This document shows positions 38,501 through 46,030 of a stretch of 58,618 nucleotides of DNA, piece by piece. This stretch comes from Parcubacteria group bacterium. GTDB taxonomy: Bacteria; Patescibacteriota; Patescibacteriia; UBA9934; GWF2-40-263. Positions within the stretch are counted from its first letter, which is position 1; each line of letters starts with the position of its first letter. The notes under the pieces are model-generated. The model was not told the DNA's origin. It ran no database searches and saw only the letters and a program-made list of their open reading frames with translations. A program made the position numbers and the translations under genes. The stretch spans positions 1 through 58,618 of the forward strand of contig JABMNZ010000014.1 of NCBI GenBank assembly GCA_013204395.1. The letters run 5' to 3'.

Positions 38501-40595
38501 TCACCGTGAAGCGAACCTGATTTGAGCCCACACGAATGGGTTCACAACTTCCTCCACTCACTCCACAATCATCGTCTGCGGTGCAGTAATCAAGCGTCTC
38601 TGAACACCATGCGCTGGCACAGGTTTCACCAGAGGCAATCAAACAATCTGTATCATCTGAACAAGTTAGTCCCGTCGCTGTCCCACCCGAATCAATACAA
38701 ACGTTGTCCCCTGTTTGTATCTGGCCCCTATAAGAACCCGCGTTCACAAATGGGATAGTGACGTCCACAACCGTGTCTGACCATAACAAATACGTTCCAG
38801 GTGTGTATCCGCCAAGAAGAAATTCTGAGGTTCCACGTGTGGCTCCAAAACGAATACCATTTACATCGACAGAATCATCTGGGAGGGCACTAGCTGGGTT
38901 GTAGGAACAGATACCAGGGCGCACAATCGCATTGATATCAAAGTCCCCAATGTTTGGTCCGTAGTTATCAATCGTTGTATCTGTTTCTGGAGTTGGAAAT
39001 GCAGCATCAGTCACTGCCAGTGGACCATCCACGGCCCCTGCAGGTATCTGCACAATAATCTCAGTGTCTGTCCACTGCACAACAGAGTCACAACTATAAG
39101 CACTGACCACCACATCATCTGCCGTTCCAGCGCCCCCCAAAAAGGTCACTGTACCTGGCGTTGAACCAAAACTTATCCCTTCAATGGTTACAAGGTTTCC
39201 GATGGCCCCATCTCCAGGAGAGATGTCCATAATCTTTATTCGCTCTACACAGGCACCATCAACACATTCACCCGTGGAGCAATCAAGATCACTTTCACAG
39301 GCGTCTCCCGCACAAGCACCACAGTAGTAGAGAGAGTCTAAATCATCACCACCACAATCACACGGCTCACCAAGAAGACAGCTACCCGTCTCATTAAACG
39401 GAGCGATTGTATCAGGGGCAAGATTATTACAATTGGCCGCACGCAAAATGATATTAACCTTTTCAGACGTATCAACGTTCCCCGCACAGTCATTTCCGAC
39501 AGCCCAGATTTTATACTGCTGGTTTGTTACGTAACCCGCTGGATTCCATTCATCAAACGGTGTTCCGTTTGTGAAGAACGTGTTGTTCACATCACCCCCT
39601 AAGAGTGATCCGTTCGTTGAGTAGGACAAACCGGATGTCCAAACGAGATTTCCACTCGAGATAACATAGAAGTCCACCGTAGAGACCCCCGTATCGTCTG
39701 TCGTGTTTGCACTCAATAACCGATTTAACCCGTCTTGGTAGACAGGATCTCCATCGTCTGGATCATCCATTTCAATGGTTGGACCGCTGGTATCAATCTC
39801 TGTTCCCGTCGTAAAGGTAAACGTACAAGGATAGGACGGATAACACTGAATATCTCCACCAGATGTTGACTGAAGCACCGCTGGAGGCAAGGTTATTTGA
39901 TAGTTTGATGAATCATTAAAACAACGTTCCCCAGAGTCCTCCGGACAAACCATGGACGGGACAAACGTTACGTTTTTTCCTGACACACTAAAATCTCCCG
40001 GGACCGCCACTGGAGTACTTGGAACAGAAACGTCTATGATGAGAATTCCCGCATCAACACTACTTGCATCAATCGTTTTACTAAATACGAACTGAAGCTC
40101 AAGGTTTGTGATTGCCTCAGAACACTCATCATTCACGGACATTAGGTAGAGAACATTGCTTGGTGGAAGAGAGCTTGGCGCAACCGAGTAGCTACTGGAG
40201 CTTGATGAGATACTGCTACCCGTTGCCCCAATCAACGTGTTTAAAATGAACTGAGTGATCGCAAAGGACGCGAACACGATAATGAGACCAATAACGGCGT
40301 TGGTAATCACGCGCTTAGCGCTTTGAATCTTTGTTGGGTCCCCTGCGGCCGTCATGAACTTAAATCCACCAAGGATGATGAGCAAGACAGCCAAGATACC
40401 CACTATGGATATGGCCGTACGGATCAACCTGGCGACAATGATTGGAACGGTGGCTGTTGTAGAAAATCCAGCCGCTTCCCCAAAGTCAGACAGAGCACTT
40501 GCATGAACGAATCCCGGAGCCACAAACAGAATCCCCGCACTGAATGTCAGTGCGAGAAGTAATCCGATAAGACTTGGAAAATGGAATCGTTTCAT
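29517..40595 (-). CDS. Giant (3692 aa) surface protein: VirB2/TrbC-like pilin, Ig-like, IPT/TIG, Myxococcus Cys-rich (DUF4215-like) repeats, GspG-like domain, vWA
   Basis: IILGGFKFMTAAGDPTKIQSAKRVITNAVIG (pilin); four SP-x-x-G-x-x-G-x-x-V-x-I-x-G-x-x-FG-like IPT units; many CGDG...EECDDG...DGCS repeats; IIFVTDLSGSM MIDAS with GGTPT and LLSDG. Confidence 0.9.
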   Translation of the reverse strand: MKRFHFPSLIGLLLALTFSAGILFVAPGFVHASALSDFGEAAGFSTTATVPIIVARLIRTAISIVGILAVLLIILGGFKFMTAAGDPTKIQSAKRVITNAVIGLIIVFASFAITQFILNTLIGATGSSISSSSSSYSVAPSSLPPSNVLYLMSVNDECSEAITNLELQFVFSKTIDASSVDAGILIIDVSVPSTPVAVPGDFSVSGKNVTFVPSMVCPEDSGERCFNDSSNYQITLPPAVLQSTSGGDIQCYPSYPCTFTFTTGTEIDTSGPTIEMDDPDDGDPVYQDGLNRLLSANTTDDTGVSTVDFYVISSGNLVWTSGLSYSTNGSLLGGDVNNTFFTNGTPFDEWNPAGYVTNQQYKIWAVGNDCAGNVDTSEKVNIILRAANCNNLAPDTIAPFNETGSCLLGEPCDCGGDDLDSLYYCGACAGDACESDLDCSTGECVDGACVERIKIMDISPGDGAIGNLVTIEGISFGSTPGTVTFLGGAGTADDVVVSAYSCDSVVQWTDTEIIVQIPAGAVDGPLAVTDAAFPTPETDTTIDNYGPNIGDFDINAIVRPGICSYNPASALPDDSVDVNGIRFGATRGTSEFLLGGYTPGTYLLWSDTVVDVTIPFVNAGSYRGQIQTGDNVCIDSGGTATGLTCSDDTDCLIASGETCASAWCSETLDYCTADDDCGVSGGSCEPIRVGSNQVRFTVNDSSAGETPIISSVDTGWKACVTAFATVGAHCGDDSDCSSGDTCENVGDMGPPGQYMTIYGTGFGTAVGYVWLENQLSGLQALGDSEFPDVCEGDFWHDNYITIKVPEEYTRDPSDPSVPVDFTTYDLSVQRQDSGESAPVDFDIINDSAGPSVCRISPSAGPVGTMTTLYGENFGSSLGTVEFYSVLTTTPGAWTNSRITYAEAPVGAATGPVFATESVNSYTSNSVNFSVGDCREDQNLCASGESCCGDGTCLTSCPANTAVASHYAYKITTGEVPAVPEVVVACTGGSVQSPSPWEGWSDPEDICVNAVIRAEFTLDIDPLTLDATTVMVEECILEDPITGRCDDSSWVRLADASGTISTPTRAVIWAPAADLDPDTYYRVTLDGDGVLPDIKATAAEGGGYLQRDYVWEFKTRDSLDYCEVGSVLMTPNDYTTRVPGTLDYYGSLVAANDSCISLSCNGYSLDWSSNNSAATVPVVDPPVSDCSNIVTAISETVSGVPAVISAFVNEAEGNPSGSGDLVINFVDPRVSEYFPNCSAACVNALPWAEFNTDMVSSFTYGGNVKLFECSDSLCHVDELTYIDAALEFVSSVSFSNDPDTIQIQFDTNENMTKNTWYRVWIDGSVVSDTGVPLDESGSNYGTAANLYFPDDFSWKYKTKDSDVVCSIDSVAVSPALANMSYIGDRAEFNATAFGAPDDCSVTGQALQPGSYIWDAWVSTDNPNRTGVATGSSTIAGQVDITGYMVSDGTIELTDEFPAYCNSSCLSAGAPITVFESVCGNSIVENGEDCDNTSAFCNSACLFDTTVVVQCAEQCVGSGITCEVDSACDETCQNSFCTSAVATSTLGGAGDICAYDADCVSGLCSDGLVCYDYEDAGDTCSSDGACSSNSCVGACSISLVACSNGSSTSCPYVSGDTCETTGSGCCGDGIVTASNGEECDDGDIVGGDGCSAICQNEGSASVGAFCGDGIRDHNPSQGGEDCDDGNNTSGDGCSRFCLNEGSTASVVAYSVCGDGLRGIGEECDDGTAAGPDGIIDGDDGVMENGDGCSIQCLNEGSLSISAICGNGVREWTAEDGGEDCDDSNGLDGDGCSSNCLNEGGNFDNATMSLCGDGTITWNPTKGGEECDGAANATYVTGAYGVGIVATGAPVEVNPATSLATSTVSVTADDKTGTSTMQLQCSCDTDSQCSTDGTLGCGDSGCCVPRPTIGTINPPTNSPSAGYCRNTAVWVEFTEDMDSASFDLSIDDPTNPDGAIDGSEYDANLYLVLSEINGVTVDSSTCPESHLQLVLSDGNQSVFFRAWTWLKQTVLGLFGRSASAAPATTIQVCYAPISYTTQRVDTDGDSVIDSMRVNLNYETLLEEFGRYGIYILGDDVSTDTLKEGLVSEYGGPLCIGNNCTVDGYRQGFYVGDEICELEEVVTDDQGDVNAQDYESASMNLFTSSTETHSFLATPYTIRTSGLHEQITELPLLYEWAWTWFSTSEADTVAEDIVTLDAVADAPTAEFSSAGADGKDTVIATATIIVDTLFVPTTAYQPTVAATTTTPEIDAIPAHAESGEEVITALLCENIWPSLSSATLNFPYVEDVLPSYFTFYYCRDYGEDGQSDDLPALLDPINVNSSVTSSSIQKELIFQVDGASDAIGVRVIPNDDYLSPSAWAQAQGFTGEFTEITLDGYQAVQSGSTIYVAAANQDATNIYPNIYVISSNEDAEEESVEVFSRVMETFAFNANDDDVENVGLCKFGTTFATDSTGTDGDYITCDRDSQCYDACEDGSCSLAASSLTCGDDKAKLTRDMRRLTDMRTLNDTLDAYGEDNKHCEITKGMSCDEDSDCPGTESCVEGYPRIENGTFIPSMTNSIWGSWNSELSNALGSTIPTDPLNAFFQCDGDVYDEASCWDGEAGVFECPNDSHLYGYQSIGGEAYVLYAQLELAGERAWSYDIDTSSSDDATIYVEYPAGQAPTSSSVSLATGFTGTALFCDGSSWGDSEICGDGIQGVTEVCEIGDTEVELCDYNLDGVADDGQITISCFLDALSSCSMQDAISAAGEGAECFPFACGNGVVDGSEACDDGSLNGTYGFCGNDCTYSASFYCGDGYLAGAEQCDCGTTANFSALRWSTPASWTALNTCANSNGQYVTNAGNSCAYNCTAPGPSCGDEVVNGTEQCDGDYEEEEGMLCANGVRCTVAGSTCADASLCGVVYPACGTGDVCADYDDVGDACDVNSDCDSGSCSSTGLCTSASDIGTKCNTATAAYTSATSPGSCESGSCPDLDYDLFRYRTCVDPVDPNQCTWNTWQDCVGGNQQCGNGTVEGAEACDDGNNSDNDECTNECQWNICGDDYVYVGAESCDDGDDNGTACVAGYESTCNYCNQLCQYRTVSGGFCGDGDLNGNEVCDGAYSTELTWYDSVEAQTVGNCAASEYGDAGGLADAYTCRWLGVCDGGTENGDLCTLDYQAYILNGSIGDLLSGGDRNTCYEGSCVPPVCAGDCDSSCPVDYQTVGLSVQSELEGAGREDSIDLYSYQNAAGASPDNGVLYIPACSVATEITASIDDQEVELPDVDIIFVTDLSGSMDKPPDDSQKYCNGGGATVTDGESCSGTYCGSTTGTCVSNICSGGEVPGDSCSEDSHCKISCTAYGAPVGVRRIDYVVEATKDAIDDLYDAYDLSDSTLQIGLVSYSKQYKSYWSTGFCNMDTPAGLYPGIDGAWMDTYSEPSSTNGFMDDAGTNVNIIKTLVDDYASCVCDSCHLIPGGDASDPADYQNSGGTPTYKGIQRAVTAMGNSTADVKIIVLLSDGDPSANASFQASGDACDSSYSSSYQGSWTGVPACVADVADDFMDEGIYSDIVFYSAAVTDDPILEGYMAHMSDNECDWDDIDAVSDCTGNYDFAAEDEDEIAAMYATIVNSILGTNVALSTTNESSIVTTVGEVVPGSEVTLPFPEQFSCDTSEQTIPLRHEFYGSGYMTFSDFTLTYCPYEGSASASSSCTGPCFSSSIVPFTFP

Positions 40596-40598
40596 GAT

Positions 40599-42545
40599 CT
40601 AAAGTTCTGTTTCTTCATTTCCTGGAAGAACAATATCTCCAGTTGGTGGCGGAGTTATAATTGCCGCCTGGGCATCTGTATTACAAGCCGTTGACTGTGG
40701 AACCCCACTACAACAGTAGGGGGCAGATGCTGTCCGAGGTGAAGTTAATGGATCTCCACAACTACTAACCTCATCCATGGCTGGATACATACAAACCTGA
40801 TTATTCCCTTTTATGGCGTTGGTTAACACCGGCCAATAAGCCCACCCTTCCTCTTCAAGACTCACAAACGTGGGGTGGTTAATCAAAACGGTATCGGAAG
40901 CATCTGTTATGCCATCCCCTATACCAGACGGATAGTAATCATCTGTTTTCCGCACCGTGAACCACATTGGATAATAAGGGTCCGGCCAAAGTGAAACTGA
41001 ATTTGTTGTGAGTGTTGAAGACTTAAGACGACGATTAAACGTGTTTGCCACGTCGTCCGTCTGGCTAATTTCCCCCGTTCCAATCTCAGGGAAACTTCCA
41101 TCTATATGAGGGACGGTCATATCAACATCATTGGATGTTTTAAACATCCAATCATAATTGTCGTTTGTCGCAATCCCATCGTTACAAGTAATCGAATCTG
41201 AATCTGAACCACAGGCAGTTCCAGCAATATTTGCATCGTAGTTATTGTCACCATCAAGTGAGTTGTTCGCTGCGTCTACGGCCCCATCTGCAAACCCTGA
41301 CAACATACTTGCCTGTGGAATATCAGCAGGATCTAGCGTTGCCGCTTTGATAGTCGTTTCAATATCCTCCAGACCAGGTAAACAATAGATGAGATCTCCA
41401 CACGGGTCCTCACCACAGGCATCCATGGTTGTGAATCCAACGGTTTTGTATCCATTAGAAATCTCGAATGTTCCTCTGACCTGTCCACTTGTGTCGCCAA
41501 AAACATTGATGATTGAGAAATTCTCGCCTACATCTGGATCAAAAATTCCCGTTACCGCAATTGGATTCATTGGTTCTGAAAAATTCATTTCAATGGTCAC
41601 GTTACGAGCCTCTTGCAGGGGTGACGCAGGAACATAAGCAACAGGCACGATCGACTTGACGTAGGGAGGTGTTAGATCGATCTCTGTTGAAACCTCAAAG
41701 GTCCACGGGTATCCAACTGACGATGTAAAAGCAGGGTCGCCAGATTCAGTTTCAATGTTAGAAGTTAAAAGAACCGTGTAATTTGTGTCGTCAATTGGGT
41801 TCCCAAGGTAACCAACTGGATTGAATACAAAGATTTGATGATCATCTGTCACAGACACCACAACATCAGTTGAGGTAAGGAGAAGTGGATCTGACTCACC
41901 AAATTCGGTTCTGAAAATCTTCACGCTATCAGTATTCAAATCCGTTGATAGCGGATTTGAATCATACCCATCAATAATGGACGAGACTTCTATTGGCTTT
42001 TTAAACGTTACAAAAATGTTTGTGTTTCTAGGAACATCTACGGCATTTCTCTCAGGATAATGGTCTTCTAAAATACCACCCCCCAACGCTGCGCTGAGTG
42101 AATCTGAGTACCTATCAGCAATCGCTTCTGTATTCCCAGAAAACGCCGCATTCAAAAGAGCATTTAAAATCCAAGTAGTAATTGCATAGGAAGAAAAAAT
42201 GATTACCATCCCAATCACAGCATTTCTAAGGATAGCCTTTGCCTTATCCACCTGTGCCGGAACACCCTGTGCCGTCATGTACAAGAATCCAGCGTACACA
42301 ACCAACACAACGAGTATCAGACCTGTTACCCCCAAGAAGACCCTTATGATCCTAGCAATAATAATTCCTATGGAATCTTGAGAAAGGGTAGAGGCATCCG
42401 CGAAGTCCTGAAACGCGGTTGACTGTGCTAATACATCGTGAGCTCCAAAGAAAATCCAAAGTGCTAAAACACAAAATCCCACTACGGCGAACTTAGCCGT
42501 GCGAGAGAAAACAGGGTGCTTAATTTGGGTTAGCAGGCGTTGCAT
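40599..42545 (-). CDS. VirB2/TrbC-like pilin fused to tandem Ig-like (Big_5/SbsA-type) domains
   Basis: VVYAGFLYMTAQGVPAQVDKAKAILRNAVIG; YPERNAVDVPRNTNIFVTFKKPI; RNVTIEMNFSEPMNP. Confidence 0.85.
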   Translation of the reverse strand: MQRLLTQIKHPVFSRTAKFAVVGFCVLALWIFFGAHDVLAQSTAFQDFADASTLSQDSIGIIIARIIRVFLGVTGLILVVLVVYAGFLYMTAQGVPAQVDKAKAILRNAVIGMVIIFSSYAITTWILNALLNAAFSGNTEAIADRYSDSLSAALGGGILEDHYPERNAVDVPRNTNIFVTFKKPIEVSSIIDGYDSNPLSTDLNTDSVKIFRTEFGESDPLLLTSTDVVVSVTDDHQIFVFNPVGYLGNPIDDTNYTVLLTSNIETESGDPAFTSSVGYPWTFEVSTEIDLTPPYVKSIVPVAYVPASPLQEARNVTIEMNFSEPMNPIAVTGIFDPDVGENFSIINVFGDTSGQVRGTFEISNGYKTVGFTTMDACGEDPCGDLIYCLPGLEDIETTIKAATLDPADIPQASMLSGFADGAVDAANNSLDGDNNYDANIAGTACGSDSDSITCNDGIATNDNYDWMFKTSNDVDMTVPHIDGSFPEIGTGEISQTDDVANTFNRRLKSSTLTTNSVSLWPDPYYPMWFTVRKTDDYYPSGIGDGITDASDTVLINHPTFVSLEEEGWAYWPVLTNAIKGNNQVCMYPAMDEVSSCGDPLTSPRTASAPYCCSGVPQSTACNTDAQAAIITPPPTGDIVLPGNEETEL

Positions 42546-42617
42546 GTTTGGTACGCCTTTGCGCACACCCATTGTATCGCAATTACATCCAAAGGAGCAG
42601 TGAAAACTGTGGATATG

Positions 42618-42646
42618 AAAAAACAGACCTCAGGTCTGTTTTTTTT
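42618..42646. terminator. Intrinsic terminator after rpsU-yqeY
   Basis: aaaaaacagacc-tca-ggtctgtttttt. Confidence 0.7.
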
Positions 42647-42657
42647 ATGTGTAGATG

Positions 42658-43422
42658 TTATCCGATTTGTTGAAGAACAACGGTCGTTGCGGCGAATGTG
42701 GCGGCCACGATCATGCTGATAAAAATTCCCGTCGTCATCTGACTCAAAGCTCGATTGTGCAAATCATCACGCATTGATGATGTCATATACAGAAAACCAC
42801 CGTTAAGAATCGTGACGATCGCTCCGATCCCAAACCAGAGAATGATCACCCTGAAAGCTTGTAAACTAACCACCATCATGCCAGATGTGATTAAGGAAGT
42901 TGATCCATCTCCAGCAATAGGAATTGCAGCAAAGACAGTTGTTGTCTGACTAAGAGTTACCATCACCGCAACAAGGAGTGTTGGCAAAAGCCTCATTACA
43001 ATTTCCTTAACTCGGTTACCATCCGCTCCCCCATTAGCTGCCTTCATTGCAGCTCCCATTACCTTCCCCATGTCAGCTTTTGAACTTGCACCTGTTTGTT
43101 CAATAACCGTGCGAACAATTTCCTCAAGCGCCTCGTCCCCCATCTCTGCAGGTAGATAGGCACTTAGAAGTTCAACTTCCACCTGTGCATCTTTGACCAT
43201 CTCATCACGTCCAGCATCTGCATAAGACTCAATAGAATCTTTTAGCTGTTTCACTTGCGACTTCAATACCACCAAAACGTCTTCATCGGAAAGATCGTGT
43301 TGCAAATCAATTTCCTTATTCTTGATGGCAGAACGCAACAAACGCAACGTAGAGAGCGTTGCGTTTGCTTTAGCCTTCATGGCATCTTTCATGTCTGATG
43401 TAATCTGTTCAGACAGCGTCAT
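42658..43422 (-). CDS. GatB/YqeY-domain protein with a C-terminal VirB2-like pilin extension
   Basis: Residues 1-146 are typical YqeY (DMKDAMKAK, LRLLRSAIKN, YLPAEM, DMGKVMG, ADG). The tail has TILNGGFLYMTSS...RALSQMTTGIFI. Confidence 0.85.
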   Translation of the reverse strand: MTLSEQITSDMKDAMKAKANATLSTLRLLRSAIKNKEIDLQHDLSDEDVLVVLKSQVKQLKDSIESYADAGRDEMVKDAQVEVELLSAYLPAEMGDEALEEIVRTVIEQTGASSKADMGKVMGAAMKAANGGADGNRVKEIVMRLLPTLLVAVMVTLSQTTTVFAAIPIAGDGSTSLITSGMMVVSLQAFRVIILWFGIGAIVTILNGGFLYMTSSMRDDLHNRALSQMTTGIFISMIVAATFAATTVVLQQIG

Positions 43423-43434
43423 AAAATCATTTAT

Positions 43435-43674
43435 CTAGCGTCGACCACGGCGGCGACGTTCTACTAACTGGCCAATGCGCATTAAGTACTCACGCTTAGC
43501 AGTAACCGTTAGTCGACGAACAGCGCTCGTGAGTTTCTTATTCTTACTTGGTTCCCCAGTATGAAAACGAATCTTTCGAGCCTGGAGCATATTTCCACTC
43601 TGCTGCACACGTCGTCCAAAACGACGATACAAGCTCTCGAAACTCTCACTCTTTTTTCGCTTCACTTTAATCAC
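43435..43674 (-). CDS. rpsU: 30S ribosomal protein S21
   Basis: VKRKKSESFESLYRRFGRRVQQSG...ARKIRFH; usual position upstream of yqeY. Confidence 0.85.
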   Translation of the reverse strand: MIKVKRKKSESFESLYRRFGRRVQQSGNMLQARKIRFHTGEPSKNKKLTSAVRRLTVTAKREYLMRIGQLVERRRRGRR

Positions 43675-43754
43675 AATTTTCTACTATCTAAAGGGTTTTT
43701 ATTAATACACGAAGATTTTGCTCAATTTGAGCGTTTTTGTCAACCCAGAAAGGC

Positions 43755-45173
43755 TTATTTCTCCACAACAGGAGATTGTGTGACTGGAGCGACCCCCTCC
43801 TCCCGTCTAAGCTTCTTCTCAACGATCATCACCACCTTCTTCACGTCAACGATTTCCTGAGCACCAGATTCCATATCTCGAATGATAATTGTTCCATCAA
43901 GAACTTCCTTTTGACCGAGAATCAATGTGAGTTGCACATTCAATTTATCTGCAGCTTCGAGCTGTGCCTTCAAAGCATTCTTTCCAAATGCCTCTGCAAC
44001 AGGAATGCCCGCTTGTCTAAAACTCTCATACAAATTCAACCCAACACGTCTGGCTGCATCACCAAGCTGTGCAAAGAACACTTGTGGCTGAGGACGTTGC
44101 GGTGGATCAATTCCTTTATCTGAAAGTGCGCGCACGATACGTTCAATCCCAAGGGCAAAACCACAAGCGGGTGTTTCTTCACGGCCACCCAACAATTCTA
44201 CAAGACCATCATAACGTCCACCTCCACCAAGAGCATTTTGAGATTTCTCTCCTTTATCATCCACTAAAAGAAACTCGAATACGGTATGGCTGTAGTAATC
44301 AAGGCCTCGAACCAAGTATGGATTCAGTGTAAACGGAATTTCTACCTCCTCAAGAAACTCAAGTACTTTCATGAAATGCTCTTTTGATTTCTCATCAAGC
44401 CAATCAAGAATTTGTGGAGCGCCATCTAGAAGCTCTACAGTAACCTCATCTTTACTATCGAGAAGACGTAATGGATTCTTCTGAAGACGTTTCTTATCTT
44501 CATCACTCAATTTACTTCGGTGCTGTCGGAAATAGGCCACAAGCTCTGCAAGATAAGCCTGACGACATTCTGGTGTTCCGATTGAGTTGATATCAACCTT
44601 CACACTCAATCCTAAATCTTTAAAAATCTGTACACCGAGAACAATTAATTGTGCATCCACAATAGGTTCGTGCACACCAAAGCTTTCAAATCCAGCCTGG
44701 TTAAACTGACGATAGCGTCCAGCCTGAGGACGGTCGTGTCGAAACATTGGTCCGATGTACCACAACTTTACAGGTTGCGGACGGTCAAGCATTCCATGAT
44801 TTATGTAGGCACGCGCAGCAGAAGCGGTTGCCTCTGGACGAAGTGACACAGAACGATTAGATGGATCTGTAAACGTGTACATCTCCTTTTCCACAATATC
44901 TGTTGCTTTACCCACAGTCTTTTGGAACAGATCTGTCCGCTCCAAAATCGGCATGTCAATCCGATCAAACGTATAGGCCTCAGCGATATTTCTAATCGCA
45001 TCTCGCACCATGTTCCATCTTCCCTGATCCTCAGGAAGAATATCGCGGAACCCCCTGAGAAGTTCAGGTGTTTTTACTTTGCGTACGGACCCTTCTTCCA
45101 CGGCCTCGGCAGCCTTTTTCTCAGGCACCTTATCATTACTTTTTGCTGTCTCATCGTGTTTCTTAGCAGTCAT
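43755..45173 (-). CDS. hisS: Histidine--tRNA ligase
   Basis: RGFRDILP, LRPEATA, FRHDRPQAGRYRQF, LVRGLDYY, GGGRYDGL. Confidence 0.97.
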   Translation of the reverse strand: MTAKKHDETAKSNDKVPEKKAAEAVEEGSVRKVKTPELLRGFRDILPEDQGRWNMVRDAIRNIAEAYTFDRIDMPILERTDLFQKTVGKATDIVEKEMYTFTDPSNRSVSLRPEATASAARAYINHGMLDRPQPVKLWYIGPMFRHDRPQAGRYRQFNQAGFESFGVHEPIVDAQLIVLGVQIFKDLGLSVKVDINSIGTPECRQAYLAELVAYFRQHRSKLSDEDKKRLQKNPLRLLDSKDEVTVELLDGAPQILDWLDEKSKEHFMKVLEFLEEVEIPFTLNPYLVRGLDYYSHTVFEFLLVDDKGEKSQNALGGGGRYDGLVELLGGREETPACGFALGIERIVRALSDKGIDPPQRPQPQVFFAQLGDAARRVGLNLYESFRQAGIPVAEAFGKNALKAQLEAADKLNVQLTLILGQKEVLDGTIIIRDMESGAQEIVDVKKVVMIVEKKLRREEGVAPVTQSPVVEK

Positions 45174-45177
45174 ACGT

Positions 45178-45783
45178 CTAGAGGTTATATTCAGGTACAT
45201 CAAAGGTACCTACACGAGAAAGTGGGAGTCCTCGTACCCACACTCGCCCAATAATATTATCTAATGGGAGAACTCCGAAGCTACGTGAGTCTAAAGAGGA
45301 ATCGCGATTGTCTCCAAGCACGAAATATTCCTCTGGGCCAAGTGTTACACGCTCTTTACCACTTGTTGTCTCAACAAGATAGCTTTCATCAAGCTTAAAA
45401 CCATTTGGATGTTCCGTGTTATATATTATGACTTCCCCACCAGATATCTCGATGGTCTCCCCAGGTAAAGCAATAACACGCTTAATAAAGAACTGGCTAG
45501 GTTCACGAGGATAACGGAATACCACTATCTCTCCACGCTCTGGGATACGAAACCTGTATGAAAGTTCATCTATGATCAGATACTCATGATCGTAGAAATT
45601 TGGCTCCATGGAAGCCCCTTTCACGTAAAAAGGTTGAATAAGGAAATAACGCACCGGAATAATGATTGCACTTGAAATCATCACAATCTGAATCACCTCT
45701 ATTAAGAAGGATACAACAGGACCCCCAACGGGCCCGAACTTATCATAAATCTTATTTTCAAACACAGAAAAGCGATTATTCAT
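45178..45783 (-). CDS. lepB: Signal peptidase I
   Basis: GASMEPNF, FIKRVIALPGE, GDNRDSSLDSR. Confidence 0.96.
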   Translation of the reverse strand: MNNRFSVFENKIYDKFGPVGGPVVSFLIEVIQIVMISSAIIIPVRYFLIQPFYVKGASMEPNFYDHEYLIIDELSYRFRIPERGEIVVFRYPREPSQFFIKRVIALPGETIEISGGEVIIYNTEHPNGFKLDESYLVETTSGKERVTLGPEEYFVLGDNRDSSLDSRSFGVLPLDNIIGRVWVRGLPLSRVGTFDVPEYNL

Positions 45784-46030
45784 ACCTTAGGGCATAAAAG
45801 CTCTTCCACCGTATCAAAAAATCTGGGTTTGCTCAAGGGTTGCATGATCCAGGAGAATGTCTCGATATTGGACGAGGTGAGCATCGATCTGGAAAGACAC
45901 GTAGAAAAAACAAAGGTTCCGGCCACAGGGCACCAAACATCGGACTGATAAAAAACCCAATACCTTTGCTAGATCTAAGTTTCTCAATCACTTGAATCAT
46001 ACTGATTTTCCGACTACAATACTTTTGATT

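Noticed and set aside
45800-45960. Possible sRNA or 34-aa ORF between lepB and the LCP gene
   Set aside because: Only short scattered pairings (tgggttt/aaaccca, tccag/ctgga), with no clear promoter, SD or terminator.
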